DNA of 64,000 nt from a virus (Duplodnaviria; Caudoviricetes): positions 33,491-97,490 of IMG/VR virus record IMGVR_UViG_3300020577_008743. One strand, 5' to 3'. The notes below the pieces were generated by a model. It saw only the letters and a list, made by a program, of their open reading frames with translations. It did no database searches and was not told the origin of the DNA. A program made the translations under genes and the position numbers. The first letter of the stretch is position 1; every line of letters begins with the position of its first letter. Below are positions 36,101 to 45,573 of this stretch, piece by piece.

Positions 36101-36555
36101 GTTGAAGTAATGCGAGCAGGAAAGCCGAGGGTACTCAGACTTGAGTTAAAAGAAATCTCGTTAGCCGAGTCAGAGATGGAAAAGTGGACCCCATCTTCCA
36201 AATACAAAGTAGGTAGCAGCGGTCTATTCGCAATGTGCCTTGCGGAGATAACCTCGTTGGATAGAGAATACGTATTTACTTTACCAACTACGGCGTCAGA
36301 CTCTGACAGAAGAACCAATTTAAGCTGCTTCTCTGAATAGACTTGGATATCCTCGAGAGAAATGGTTGAACAAAGCTGCAAAAAGTGACTATAAATCTCA
36401 CTCAATTGCTGACTGGAGGCCTCATAAAACAGATTGATCTTGTCACTGTCTTCGAATACGGACGACCAGAAATCAGACACACCATACAGGTACGTCATGT
36501 TTCTGTCGTTGGCCCCAATAGGCAGGCCGTCAGCAGTAAAATTGGCTTTGCTCAT
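33100..36555 (-). CDS. baseplate wedge protein with two SPRY-like domains
   Basis: KPSYT wedge motif; two GxWYWE/YWTE...IGV...D.IG.LF...F..NG...YYP...N.G repeats. Confidence 0.7.
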   Translation of the reverse strand: MSKANFTADGLPIGANDRNMTYLYGVSDFWSSVFEDSDKINLFYEASSQQLSEIYSHFLQLCSTISLEDIQVYSEKQLKLVLLSESDAVVGKVNTYSLSNEVISARHIANRPLLPTLYLEDGVHFSISDSANEISFNSSLSTLGFPARITSTGDKQYALWFVDANIDEKFIYKYFGKILVPGEPEHSTESYKNFIYGLHYLFINGPDLANMKKGLNIALGIPLARDVETVLETRKYLNTDQYVVITDSNSYLIPYGLTPTVSTGDVLAPTDELAEWIEVKDYINDGEWWINLQIPPSVMPYIPPGEPDRYAKAGSYADYLMRNYLKKHTFLVNVKTIDFKNLQTFEQLFDIIRDAKPSYTTPLYIWTVPTADDTITLDDSSLTQGWIQNKCDNLSFPINKMIRKNVRYATLYTAGTSLQLQGNTISWGVGWESVKSDIPLASGTWYWEITNENRYTADFNKWDNIPVFTMQIGVGGPDTFTTGSFGEQVGLNGASWYFYTPNYGYSKVDSLAYTTMGGVGAFSLLFKNGSMVGSGYGINPKPTDVIGVLFNADTRQLSFYVNGVSCGVAHTLPVGTYYPMISSFDDRIKTTVNFGEREFSYPPTDPTVNQGVYSFSYGRQYAEFSSDRYPVITVSENTITGTISYLVSARGSYGGVVANSNIGKATGVYWTEYSFTTADLSGYYGFGIGVCQADYPMSEALGLHPNSFMYLCVNSSSIPGGPLYGFGGYEGSFLLNNNVWMNFPSPDIRASRPGDRIGLLFEASSGNFTIYKNGVNTGIMGTVGPGVYYPAITLYDKTTVTYNTGATPFTYAPPGGVVPGWFGGDGQYDNLARGCPQFIRCNTSWKIYGQLGNDLAVNGAVRSYENGIVTGYIGSDNQYQNGKALQTNEWISSVMYRDSETFGKPRSMMAFNRGTTSTNLGVQTFTKGSGLMRKVLLHVTTQAELSARMGTVGQQIPPLSTWEWTMFETQRTVGELINAQAIDTSRVTSYYPYLISNFSTIFNRVGMPYLGNFTPRPIGYETYTPPISEVLEGDFIWCIRIYENTIGVFWVTSNLTASAPNVRGVKVTDGLTLGMRNIPLRRGDGMYSPYYNIRGGGTNSIQNSLAIDAQPIDASIDSGSKIDVYYADIPNPTPVSINRNGVVFNISKEFS

Positions 36556-38510
36556 TAAATAGTTGTAGTAGTTGTGCTTAAGGATTCAAGGACAATTATA
36601 GCAGTTCTGTCGTTAGTGTCCAAGTAGTCTGTGATAGTGCCTGTCTTAGGTCCTTGCAGAAGATAGTCTCTGTGGTAATACTTGTAAGTAATTGCCAGAG
36701 GAGTTTGAATAGAGGTGATCCCCCCGGCGGATAACTTGGACAGAAGATCTGCCATTATAAAAAGCTCACCAGGAGCAAGACCTTTCAAGTATTCGGTTAC
36801 TATATTTGAACAAGTAACTTCATCCGGGGCTGGGCCGTTGTATCCGGTTATGGCAACGGTCAGCATGTATAGATTATAACCTCTGGCCAGGTAATCAGCG
36901 CAGAGAACTTTGTTGCTCGAATCCTCCAGATAATCCTGTAGCCCGTCGATGTCTTGAAAATATTCCAACAAGAAACTACAAGTCTTGCTGGCTTGGGGAA
37001 TTCCAAAGTCTACCTTCAAGGATTGTCTAGTGCTGAACCCGTAGTCTTTGGTGGGATCTGTATACGTAATGCTTATAGTGCCAGTAGCCGGGGTGGTAAG
37101 GGTTGTAGTAATGTTGTAGGTAAAGGTATCCTGAGCGGCAGAAGTAACCAATACTTCCCCGTTGTATCCGGCAGGAGTAGCTCCACTGACGGTCACATAC
37201 CGGCCAGCCGAAATACCATGGTTGTTTCTAGTTACAGTAACCACGGTCCCGGCTGAGGTTACAGACGTTGCTGTGAAGCTAGTAGAGTACGTATTGGACA
37301 AGGTATACGACGTTGGAATGTTCGCTGACAAAAGACCCGTGGCAGGAGTGGCTGGAGTTCCCGTAACAGTGTAGTGAAACTGGTTAACCGAGTCCACAGT
37401 AATGATGAAAGTTCCGTTATACTCAACTTGATCAGCTTGGAATATGGTTACGCTTTGTCCAGTAGTATACCCATGGTTGGTTGCGGTGGTTACGTTTGCC
37501 GTAGAACCGGATCTAGTAATGGAGGTGATAGCCTTCGTCTGGTAAAAGGGAATAGTATCGTTGGATTCTCCACCAGTAGTTTGGCTTCGGGCCAGTCTGT
37601 ACACAGGGCCTGTTATCTCGGCTATGCCACTGGAGTTGGTTGTAAATTGTACAATACCGCTAGTCAAAGGAACTCGAGAATACACATCCACCATTCCTCC
37701 GTTGTGTATCAACACTTGTGGGGGAGACAGGGTAGGAACATAGGCTACAACTTGATCCCTGATCATTTCTGCATCGCCAAAACCGATAGAGGTTACTCCG
37801 TCCAACAAGGGGAAGTCCTCTAGGAGCCGGGAAGAGATGGATGGGGTATTGATGAGGTTTCTAGTGGAAATTGCTGTTTGAGCCCTTGCTATGAACTCTG
37901 AATTGGACTCCGTCTTGCTAGCCGTCTGCTTTAGAAAGTTGACTTCTGCATGTAAAAAATATGGATCGAAGTTGGTAAAATACAACAAGCTACCGGAAGT
38001 GATGTTGTAATCATTACCCTCGATCTCAGCCACCAGGTCTACATCGTAGTAATACTCGTTCAAGTACACATCAAAAGAGAGTTCGGAAGAAGGAACTATC
38101 TGTGAGATGATAGGGAAGAACTTCAGATCCCCATCCGTGGAGAAATACAGTTCAGTAGAAATACTAATCTCTTTTTGTCTAGCAAAATATAACCGTGCGT
38201 TGATTATGGACTTGGTTCCTAGTTTTCTGGTTAGAAACCAATTGGACAAGAGCTTGTCTAGAAACTCACTTGGAGTGTTATCCGTGACTCCAGCAATGGT
38301 TTTCTGCTCATGATAATAGTCCAGGCCCTTCATGAGCATAGCCATGATAGTTGCCGTAGGTCTAATAGCCAAGTCTCGGACAGCCGTGCCTATTCTAGTA
38401 TCCATGTCTGGAAACTTGGCTTGCATAATTTGTTCTAGAACCAATTCAGCCTCGAGAATTTCCTCTGCTGAAGGTTGCATTCCAGGTACTACGTCGTATA
38501 AAGTTGCCAT
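36555..38510 (-). CDS. baseplate J/gp6-like wedge protein
   Basis: GTAVRDL, G..YNI, ESNSEFI.R; two inserted (N)HG...G..VT..GA...YNG beta-barrel repeats. Confidence 0.8.
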   Translation of the reverse strand: MATLYDVVPGMQPSAEEILEAELVLEQIMQAKFPDMDTRIGTAVRDLAIRPTATIMAMLMKGLDYYHEQKTIAGVTDNTPSEFLDKLLSNWFLTRKLGTKSIINARLYFARQKEISISTELYFSTDGDLKFFPIISQIVPSSELSFDVYLNEYYYDVDLVAEIEGNDYNITSGSLLYFTNFDPYFLHAEVNFLKQTASKTESNSEFIARAQTAISTRNLINTPSISSRLLEDFPLLDGVTSIGFGDAEMIRDQVVAYVPTLSPPQVLIHNGGMVDVYSRVPLTSGIVQFTTNSSGIAEITGPVYRLARSQTTGGESNDTIPFYQTKAITSITRSGSTANVTTATNHGYTTGQSVTIFQADQVEYNGTFIITVDSVNQFHYTVTGTPATPATGLLSANIPTSYTLSNTYSTSFTATSVTSAGTVVTVTRNNHGISAGRYVTVSGATPAGYNGEVLVTSAAQDTFTYNITTTLTTPATGTISITYTDPTKDYGFSTRQSLKVDFGIPQASKTCSFLLEYFQDIDGLQDYLEDSSNKVLCADYLARGYNLYMLTVAITGYNGPAPDEVTCSNIVTEYLKGLAPGELFIMADLLSKLSAGGITSIQTPLAITYKYYHRDYLLQGPKTGTITDYLDTNDRTAIIVLESLSTTTTTI

Positions 38511-39016
38511 TATTGTTGAGCCAATTTCATATCAAGCTGAGGGAAAGGAACGGCTACTTGAGCGTATTCTCCGGCTGCGGTAACCAATCTCAAATACAGA
38601 GTTATGGACTCTGGCCCCAGGTCCAAGCCTAGAACCGACAAACTATCCAATTGGCTTGCAGAGTCAGAACCGGAAATATTCAATACGTATTTAGCCTGGT
38701 TCTCAGCATCCCTGACTTCGCTTATTATACCAGATTGCATCTGAGAAACATCGGATTGTCTGTTAGCCCCAATGGTGTAATCAGTGAAATAAGTGCCTAC
38801 AGTAGGGTTCAACACATCACTCCCCTTTCTAGTCATCAACAATTTGATGATTAGCTGGGCCACTTTTTGAATCCCAGTGATTTTACGAGGGGTATCCTCT
38901 AGTTTAAATTCCAGTTTACCTTCTGGGTATCCATCGGGAAAAGAAAACAGTAGAAGATCATGAGTTCCACCGGTAGGTAGATTTGTTGGAATTCCTATGC
39001 GGGTGTTGGTACTCAT
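38510..39016 (-). CDS. baseplate gp25-like protein
   Basis: TGIQKVAQ...LMT.KGS...P..GT. Confidence 0.7.
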   Translation of the reverse strand: MSTNTRIGIPTNLPTGGTHDLLLFSFPDGYPEGKLEFKLEDTPRKITGIQKVAQLIIKLLMTRKGSDVLNPTVGTYFTDYTIGANRQSDVSQMQSGIISEVRDAENQAKYVLNISGSDSASQLDSLSVLGLDLGPESITLYLRLVTAAGEYAQVAVPFPQLDMKLAQQ

Positions 39017-39396
39017 TAGTCTTTTGCCTGTTCTGGAGAAGTTCTTCTAATGTAATTCAAGTACTTGGCGTACATGCTCTTGTAAAAAACAGTTTGAGTG
39101 CCAAGATCATCAGTAGCATCGGAGAAGTATGCACTCTTTGATTTGGTCCTGACGTTCATTTCTCTCTTAACCGCGTCAGCTCTATGAACGGTATCCGTCA
39201 GGGCACCAGTGGCGAAGCTCGAAGACCTATTTTCAGACGCCACAGAGTCCACTAGAACATTAGGGACTTCCATTCTGGTTATGTAATCTTCGAAACTGGG
39301 TAGAGCGTTGGCCGTGGATACGAGATTATCCTTTATAGCCGTATGATATTCTTCAAGGGCGGCGAAACAATCCTTTATTTGAAGCAGAGATGACAT
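39016..39396 (-). CDS. hypothetical protein
   Basis: ORF coupled to neighbours. Confidence 0.6.
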   Translation of the reverse strand: MSSLLQIKDCFAALEEYHTAIKDNLVSTANALPSFEDYITRMEVPNVLVDSVASENRSSSFATGALTDTVHRADAVKREMNVRTKSKSAYFSDATDDLGTQTVFYKSMYAKYLNYIRRTSPEQAKD

Positions 39397-40094
39397 TAGT
39401 AATACCCAATTTCTCTCTTCATCTCATCGATTTTTTTAGTCAGCTTTGACTTGAGATAGTTTAGGCGGTTAACGTTAACCCCTAGCTTGACAGCCATATC
39501 GGCTGAAGACATTCCTTTAGCATTGTACAGAATGAACTTCTCGGTGGAATCAAGATGAGAAATTATATGATCAAAAAGAATCTTCTCTTGGTCGAATGTT
39601 TTAAATTCGTCAGGTCTGGCGGCTGCAGATTCAATCAAGTCTGCATACAGAGAATTCTTGAATTTAACTACATGACCTTTTGACCAACCCAGTTCGGTAG
39701 CCATCTCCTCTTCGGTTGGATCTCGGTTGAGTTTATCCAGCAAATCTTGGTTGGCTTTGTTGTATAGGTGAAACTTCAGTTGAACGTTCTCAGGCAATCG
39801 GGCAGCGTTCTGATATTTGTAGTTGATACGTCTGACCTTAGGCAGCCATGTAACAACGTGGGTGGAGATAGTCGTTCCCTTGGTGGGATCATACGTTTCT
39901 ATAGCCTTGTAGGCCCAACGCTTGGCTTCTGCAGACAGGGCAGCGGAGGGCAAAGTACCCTCTTGTCTTCTAACCTCGGAATATAAAAGCGGACTGAGCT
40001 GCGTTATCAGGGCGCTCAGAGCCTTTTTGTCACCAGTTTGTTTCCAATGCTCGTATAGTTCCTGGTCTTTTCTTTTTAGGTCGGAGAAGGTCAT
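39396..40094 (-). CDS. phage sigma70-family factor
   Basis: GDK.A...LI, AIETYDP.KG...ST, L.RDPT.EEMA.ELG, region 4 HTH. Confidence 0.88.
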   Translation of the reverse strand: MTFSDLKRKDQELYEHWKQTGDKKALSALITQLSPLLYSEVRRQEGTLPSAALSAEAKRWAYKAIETYDPTKGTTISTHVVTWLPKVRRINYKYQNAARLPENVQLKFHLYNKANQDLLDKLNRDPTEEEMATELGWSKGHVVKFKNSLYADLIESAAARPDEFKTFDQEKILFDHIISHLDSTEKFILYNAKGMSSADMAVKLGVNVNRLNYLKSKLTKKIDEMKREIGYY

Positions 40095-40294
40095 TTGTAA
40101 ACGGAGTAGTAGGAAGAGACTGACAGGACGTATTGGATTAGAAAGGCTTGTAGTTTTGCGGAGAATTGCTGCTTTGCAAAACAGTCATAAGCGTGGCTGT
40201 TATCTGACAGAAGCCCTTGAGAAATGATGTTGGTAGAAATCAGGTTGGCCTGATCCAACTTCCCGTCCTGAGGGCCGTATACGAGCTTTGACAT
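40091..40294 (-). CDS. hypothetical protein
   Basis: Short ORF after late-promoter motif. Confidence 0.5.
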   Translation of the reverse strand: MSKLVYGPQDGKLDQANLISTNIISQGLLSDNSHAYDCFAKQQFSAKLQAFLIQYVLSVSSYYSVYK

Positions 40295-40309
40295 ATTATA
40301 TTTTAGCCC

Positions 40310-42754
40310 TTATTCCTGATTCCAAAAAGGGTCATAATCAAGAAACGGACTTTCCCCAGGTTCTAGCTGGTCTTTGTCCTTGAGGACTTCGTTAGTGTAC
40401 TTGATTACGGTAGGGTTGTAGTTACTAGGTGTCATGTCAATGAAATCGACACCCTTTCTTTCTTCAACCTTACCTCTGCTTTCAATGCTTCGGTAAACCA
40501 ACTCCAAGTTACCTTCTGTTGATAGCATTTGATTGGTCTCCCCGCCGTTTGCGTCTATGACCGAACCGGTAACTCCAGTTAGAAGAGGGCTGTTGCCTTC
40601 TCTTTTCACGGGATTGATTCCACCAGTCTCAAAGTTATACAACTGGTCAGGGGAAGCAGCTCTAATTCCCAGGGAAGTGTAATAGAAATCATCTGCTGTG
40701 GATTTAGCCTCCTTGTTGCCTATGATCGTCTGCTTTTCCGCCAGATTCAGGTTGACTTGAAGCCAGGGATGGATCGGAGGTTGGTAATAGTTAGCCAACT
40801 CCGTGTAGGACATGGCACAAGCAAAGGACACCGACGTGGAGATAGAAGATCCCGTAAACGTATGGGTAACTGAAGTACAATAGGCATGAAAACTGGGGTG
40901 ACTAGGAGTGTCGTCCAGAATCTCCATTGGGTATCCCGGTACGATGTAGGGGTTGAACACACACTCCACGTTACCGGCCTTGGATCTGCCAATGGCCATA
41001 CCAAAGCTGTAGTCTGCAGAAGCCATTAGAAGCTTCTGGTAGCTGTTGAGACCAGAGTCCTGACTCCAAGGGTTCAGATTGCTGTTCTTGGTGCCGTAGC
41101 GGGCTTCCCAACCCTTGGATAACTTTGTGATATTAGCCTGAGCAGCTTCCATGGATTGAGGTGTAGCGTCACCTGATCTGACCCCCGCTGCTGCACTTGA
41201 GGCGTAGTAAGCCAGCCATCTTGGCATGATGGACTTTTCAAACTTGACTCCACGACCTTGTTCATACTTGCCCAGTTTACCGTGGGAACCAGCTAGAGTG
41301 TTGGCTAAATTTCCTCTAGGTACGTCGGTTACTGGAGTTGAGGACGCGGGAATATCAACAGAAGTCCTGGTTCCCGGCTTGTTCGCTTCTAACGCTGATC
41401 TCGTCGTTTTCGTGGTGGAACTGGAAGCACCAGTAGATCCAACTTCTTTAGTCTCGGTGCCCCTGGCTGTAGATATAGCCTCACGGATGGATGGAGGGGA
41501 CCGAAAATTCGTCCCTCCGATGTTAGAAGCCCCGGGTAGTTCATCGTTCCGGATATTAATTCTAGTAGGTATATTGTATTCATCCTGAGCGATATTAATC
41601 GACCTGATCATGTTAGGATACAGCACATTACACATAGGGGCGTAGTAGAACGGGAGCTGGGGTTTCACAATGACGTCCATTCCCAACGTAACAGGTTCTC
41701 CCGTACTGAGGTCAACTAATCCTGCGCTTCCTGGAGCAGGAATTTCAACAGGGGATGCCAGGAACAATAGCTCATAATCAAACACAGACAGAAACTTACC
41801 CCATACTCCGATCATATCCGCAAGCTCGCCAGAGAACTGAAGAGTCTGCTGGGTTAACTTTACAGCCAAGTCCGTTTCTACCGCTGCCCGAAGAAAGGTT
41901 TGAAGAGACGGTGGAACTATTCGTTTCTTGTTGTTTGCGCCGGGATTAGGAATACCAGGACAGGGATCAACCCTATCGTTCTCTATCAATGTCTCAATGA
42001 GGTAATGTCCACCCATTCTCTCGAATAGCTGCAATCCTTCTTCCACAAGAGGAATATACAGCTTGTTCATCATTTCGTTTTCTTCAATATCCCAGTATGC
42101 ATTGATTTTCATTTGATTCCAGAAGTTCAACAGAATACCGGGAATACCTTCAAATCTGGTTGCGTAATCTTTGAGACTCTCTGGAAGAACGGCTGGAGAA
42201 GTTACGGCGGTATTGTTTTTTTTATCAGTCAGGATTCCATCCAAGGTTACTTCTTTAGAATCACCCTTTAAGTATCCGTCTCTGAATATTCCAGTCATGG
42301 CGAGGGAAATGGCATAGTCAGAACTCATGGACGGCTGCTTTGCTGCCCCTTCATTAGTGGCATTGGGATTCAACAACTCACTAGTCCAGCCAGCATAGTC
42401 CAGCAAAAGCTGGGTTAAGTGAGTGTAAGTATGCAAGCAAGAAAAGGAGATAGAAACACCCCCGCCCCCTTCCGAAGTCTTAGAGTAATTTACAGAGGCT
42501 ATGAAGCCTGTAAATAGAACTTTTTCCTCCCCGTCTACCGGGTCGACGAAAAAGATATGGACTTTAGGGTTGTAGTAACGAGCAATGTCCATCATCCCAA
42601 TCTGTGGCGGGACGGAGATATTGGCGGTTGGGAGAGAACCTATTTGGGAAGTGACACTGATGGATAAAAAGGGGACCTGAACTCCTTCTATGAAGAGTTT
42701 TATATCCTGGAAGATTACATCAGTTTTACCCTTTTGAGGAAAAGGTCTGGACAT
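40310..42754 (-). CDS. putative baseplate hub protein
   Basis: KLFIEGVQVP...VHIF...LFTG; FNPYIVPGYP...V.H hub-like C-terminus. Confidence 0.6.
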   Translation of the reverse strand: MSRPFPQKGKTDVIFQDIKLFIEGVQVPFLSISVTSQIGSLPTANISVPPQIGMMDIARYYNPKVHIFFVDPVDGEEKVLFTGFIASVNYSKTSEGGGGVSISFSCLHTYTHLTQLLLDYAGWTSELLNPNATNEGAAKQPSMSSDYAISLAMTGIFRDGYLKGDSKEVTLDGILTDKKNNTAVTSPAVLPESLKDYATRFEGIPGILLNFWNQMKINAYWDIEENEMMNKLYIPLVEEGLQLFERMGGHYLIETLIENDRVDPCPGIPNPGANNKKRIVPPSLQTFLRAAVETDLAVKLTQQTLQFSGELADMIGVWGKFLSVFDYELLFLASPVEIPAPGSAGLVDLSTGEPVTLGMDVIVKPQLPFYYAPMCNVLYPNMIRSINIAQDEYNIPTRINIRNDELPGASNIGGTNFRSPPSIREAISTARGTETKEVGSTGASSSTTKTTRSALEANKPGTRTSVDIPASSTPVTDVPRGNLANTLAGSHGKLGKYEQGRGVKFEKSIMPRWLAYYASSAAAGVRSGDATPQSMEAAQANITKLSKGWEARYGTKNSNLNPWSQDSGLNSYQKLLMASADYSFGMAIGRSKAGNVECVFNPYIVPGYPMEILDDTPSHPSFHAYCTSVTHTFTGSSISTSVSFACAMSYTELANYYQPPIHPWLQVNLNLAEKQTIIGNKEAKSTADDFYYTSLGIRAASPDQLYNFETGGINPVKREGNSPLLTGVTGSVIDANGGETNQMLSTEGNLELVYRSIESRGKVEERKGVDFIDMTPSNYNPTVIKYTNEVLKDKDQLEPGESPFLDYDPFWNQE

Positions 42755-43602
42755 TAAGCGGCATTAGAAAAAAGGGAATACAAACAGAGAATATATAAAG
42801 CTCGTTCCAGTCTGTTTTTTATCCTTGTGCTGTAAGTTAACAAACTGTCTGGAATCAAAGGAAAAGCTTTTAGCTCTTTTTCCATAGAAACCAATTGAGG
42901 CTCAGCTATTAGTTTTTGAAACAACCCCGATCTCAGCACCAGGGAGTCTGTGGGTAAATACTTAATTCCCAACAGGCTTCCACTGTACGTATCGGCCATG
43001 TATCCCATGTACGGTTGAGTACTGGTTTTGTAGTATTTTACAACGATATTACTGTTCAACGCAAGAGGTGAAGTCAGAGTAATACCAGAACCAGAAATGG
43101 TGTATCCCGTCGTTTGAATAATGCCGTTTTGTATGACAAGGGCTTTTTCGTATGTGTCTGGCGCCTGGCTAAGGGAAAAGTACAACAGGGATCCTGTTCC
43201 TCTAAGGACATCTGTTTGGAAGTTGTAGGAGGGAGACATTTCGACGACAGTTCCTACCGGGGGTATAGGGGCATCTATGTAAGTGCCTGCATAACACTTT
43301 TGACATACCCCGTCCGTGCTGACACAGGAGTGGGCAGTACGAACAGCAATCTGATATGTACCCCCACTTAGAATAGAGTCTATCCTGGATTTGGTCAATG
43401 TCGCTTCTGTTGCCAGCTCCAGCTCCCCTTCTCTATCATAATTCAGGTCAACTATAGTTCCGACTGTCGTACCACAGTCATCATCCACGATAGTTACTCG
43501 TGGGCTGAGAACCATCTTTCCAAAGCCATATAGGGATGAATTGATTTGTGGAACTGAGTCCAGAAGGTTTTCAAACAACAAAAACCCTGAATAAGTCCTC
43601 AT
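42754..43602 (-). CDS. protein with RNA polymerase beta-prime Zn-binding fragment fused to a virion-type beta module
   Basis: IVDDDCGT...VRTAHSC....GVCQKCY matches the RpoC second zinc site; NGIIQ..GY.I.G..ITL module resembles N-terminus of 29313-30386. Confidence 0.75.
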   Translation of the reverse strand: MRTYSGFLLFENLLDSVPQINSSLYGFGKMVLSPRVTIVDDDCGTTVGTIVDLNYDREGELELATEATLTKSRIDSILSGGTYQIAVRTAHSCVSTDGVCQKCYAGTYIDAPIPPVGTVVEMSPSYNFQTDVLRGTGSLLYFSLSQAPDTYEKALVIQNGIIQTTGYTISGSGITLTSPLALNSNIVVKYYKTSTQPYMGYMADTYSGSLLGIKYLPTDSLVLRSGLFQKLIAEPQLVSMEKELKAFPLIPDSLLTYSTRIKNRLERALYILCLYSLFSNAA

Positions 43603-45353
43603 AAAAATGCCCCTCGTTTAGGAGTATACGGAGGTCCGGAACTCAGCAGGGCAGATTTACCCCCGGAGTAAGCTCCGCCAGAAGAAAGGAATGCACTGCT
43701 TCGAGAGATATTACCTGACATCACCAATCTTTTTATAGTGTCCGATATAGACTCCGGAAGCCGAGTAATTACCCCCGCCGCATTCTTAAGGGCGATCATC
43801 GTAGCATTAAATTCGTTTATGGTTCTTCCGGGAATGTTTACCAGTTGGCTTACGCTGTTTTCAACAAGTTTAGTTACGGCTATAGCTTGAGCAGCAACAC
43901 CACGAATGTCCCGTAGAATAGTATTCACGGGACTGGTGAACATGCTTATCAAACTAGCTGCAGAACCAGTCACTGAAGTAACAACCTTGGTTATTGAGGA
44001 AAGGATGCCATAAACAGGGGAGAACAGACTGGACTTGAAGCCGAAAATGCTAGTAGAATTACTTCCAAACATTCCCCCACCAATACCACCTCCACTGATG
44101 AACTTGTCAGCTCCGTTAGGCAACGAGGCTCCCCCACCCATCATTCCTGATACACCAGATACTCCCCCCAGTCCTCCCGCCATTCTACTGGCCATGGACG
44201 TAAGGCCACCAAGTCCGGTAGATGATAATCCGACAGAAGCTACGGCCTTGGTTGGGTCTATACCTGCCATCTGTCCGGATAGAGTATTGAGAATACCAGA
44301 AGAGGAAACTGTGGAAGCCATTGGCCCCATCATATTAGCAACACCACCCAAACTAGATACGGCGCTGTTGTTAACAAAGCTTCCGACACTGCCAATACTG
44401 GGTAGGTTTTGAGTCAAACCACTACCAAGCCCTGACAAACCGCTACCCAGGCTGCCTATGCCAGATATTCCTAGGTTAGCCATATTACCCCCACCTACGG
44501 CGGAGAATGAGGACAAAGCACCAATTCCCAATCCATCACCAAGACTTCCTAGTTGTTTTATATTTGTGGTTATAGCGGCAGTAGAAGCGAAGGGATTCTG
44601 TACTGCTCCGAAAATACCCGCCAGTTTGGATTTAAGACTGTTTATCTGAGCAACAGAAGTGAAGTCCTTAAAACCTGCTGCCTTTCCAAAATTCAAAAGA
44701 ACCGCAGCGTTGTTCACCGCAGTTTTGGGACGAGTTGCTGGAATGGGAATGACGGATTTGGCCAGAACTTGCATGTTGAAGTTAACGTCGGTCTCTCTGG
44801 CTGAATTCTGAGAGTAACCAAAGGACATGGCACTACCCACGATCATCATGTTAGGAAGTTCCAACTCCAACAGTTCATAGTTTTGAGCCAATTGAGTTCC
44901 ACGCATGAAACCCATATATGCCTCGAAGAATTGAGTGAACCAACCATTGTCAATATCGTCTACGATGACGCCAGAAAGAGAGAAAAGAACTGGCTGTTTT
45001 CCGAAGTAGTAGGCTACTTCCGTATCTCCAAACGTTTGATTTATTTGGGCTTTTTCGTTGTAAGTAACACTAACGTCCGTCAATATAAAGTCGGTAAAAC
45101 CGCCAGGAGCCTTATTCAAAAGATCATTCAGTAGCTTCTCTGATCCGGGAGCACCCGAGGCTCTATTTCTAGTTCTAGCTTCGTTTGAACTAAGGATTCT
45201 AATCTTGGCCCGAGTTCCCCTGCTCCCTCCATCACCAATGTTTGTAGGGCTGAAAGACGTGTTTCTCCCTCTGACCGTAAACATACGTTCAGTTTGACGA
45301 ATAGTGGTTGTCTCTGCCTGAGACCCGGTTGGTAAGTCTGATCCAAAAGCCAT
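43599..45353 (-). CDS. putative tail/baseplate protein with long Gly/Ser-rich linker
   Basis: EKAQI..TFG...YFG.QP...SG tube-initiator-like N-domain; directly after tape measure. Confidence 0.6.
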   Translation of the reverse strand: MAFGSDLPTGSQAETTTIRQTERMFTVRGRNTSFSPTNIGDGGSRGTRAKIRILSSNEARTRNRASGAPGSEKLLNDLLNKAPGGFTDFILTDVSVTYNEKAQINQTFGDTEVAYYFGKQPVLFSLSGVIVDDIDNGWFTQFFEAYMGFMRGTQLAQNYELLELELPNMMIVGSAMSFGYSQNSARETDVNFNMQVLAKSVIPIPATRPKTAVNNAAVLLNFGKAAGFKDFTSVAQINSLKSKLAGIFGAVQNPFASTAAITTNIKQLGSLGDGLGIGALSSFSAVGGGNMANLGISGIGSLGSGLSGLGSGLTQNLPSIGSVGSFVNNSAVSSLGGVANMMGPMASTVSSSGILNTLSGQMAGIDPTKAVASVGLSSTGLGGLTSMASRMAGGLGGVSGVSGMMGGGASLPNGADKFISGGGIGGGMFGSNSTSIFGFKSSLFSPVYGILSSITKVVTSVTGSAASLISMFTSPVNTILRDIRGVAAQAIAVTKLVENSVSQLVNIPGRTINEFNATMIALKNAAGVITRLPESISDTIKRLVMSGNISRSSAFLSSGGAYSGGKSALLSSGPPYTPKRGAFL

Positions 45354-45571
45354 TATGTTACCTCAAAATCTATAAGTTCCAGCGTAGCCATATCTTGTTG
45401 AACTGCAAGCTGCCCGAAGATTCCCCCCATTTGACCGGGGATATAGTCCATGCCTCTGGCTTGGTATCTAACCGAGTCATAGTTACCCTTAACCTGTTGA
45501 AGCATAAGCTCCAGCGGAGTTATCGGAGTTAACTGCGGGATTATTTTATTGGGTGCTTTTAGTATGGGCAT
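45353..45571 (-). CDS. hypothetical protein
   Basis: Short coupled ORF. Confidence 0.6.
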   Translation of the reverse strand: MPILKAPNKIIPQLTPITPLELMLQQVKGNYDSVRYQARGMDYIPGQMGGIFGQLAVQQDMATLELIDFEVT

Positions 45572-45573
45572 AG

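Noticed and set aside
37070-37530. E1 FCCH-like repeats in baseplate J as part of the ubiquitin module
   Set aside because: These NHG...YNG beta-barrel repeats are common virion decoration domains with no link to conjugation
42754-43602. Complete RNA polymerase beta-prime subunit
   Set aside because: Only 282 aa and no catalytic NADFDGD motif
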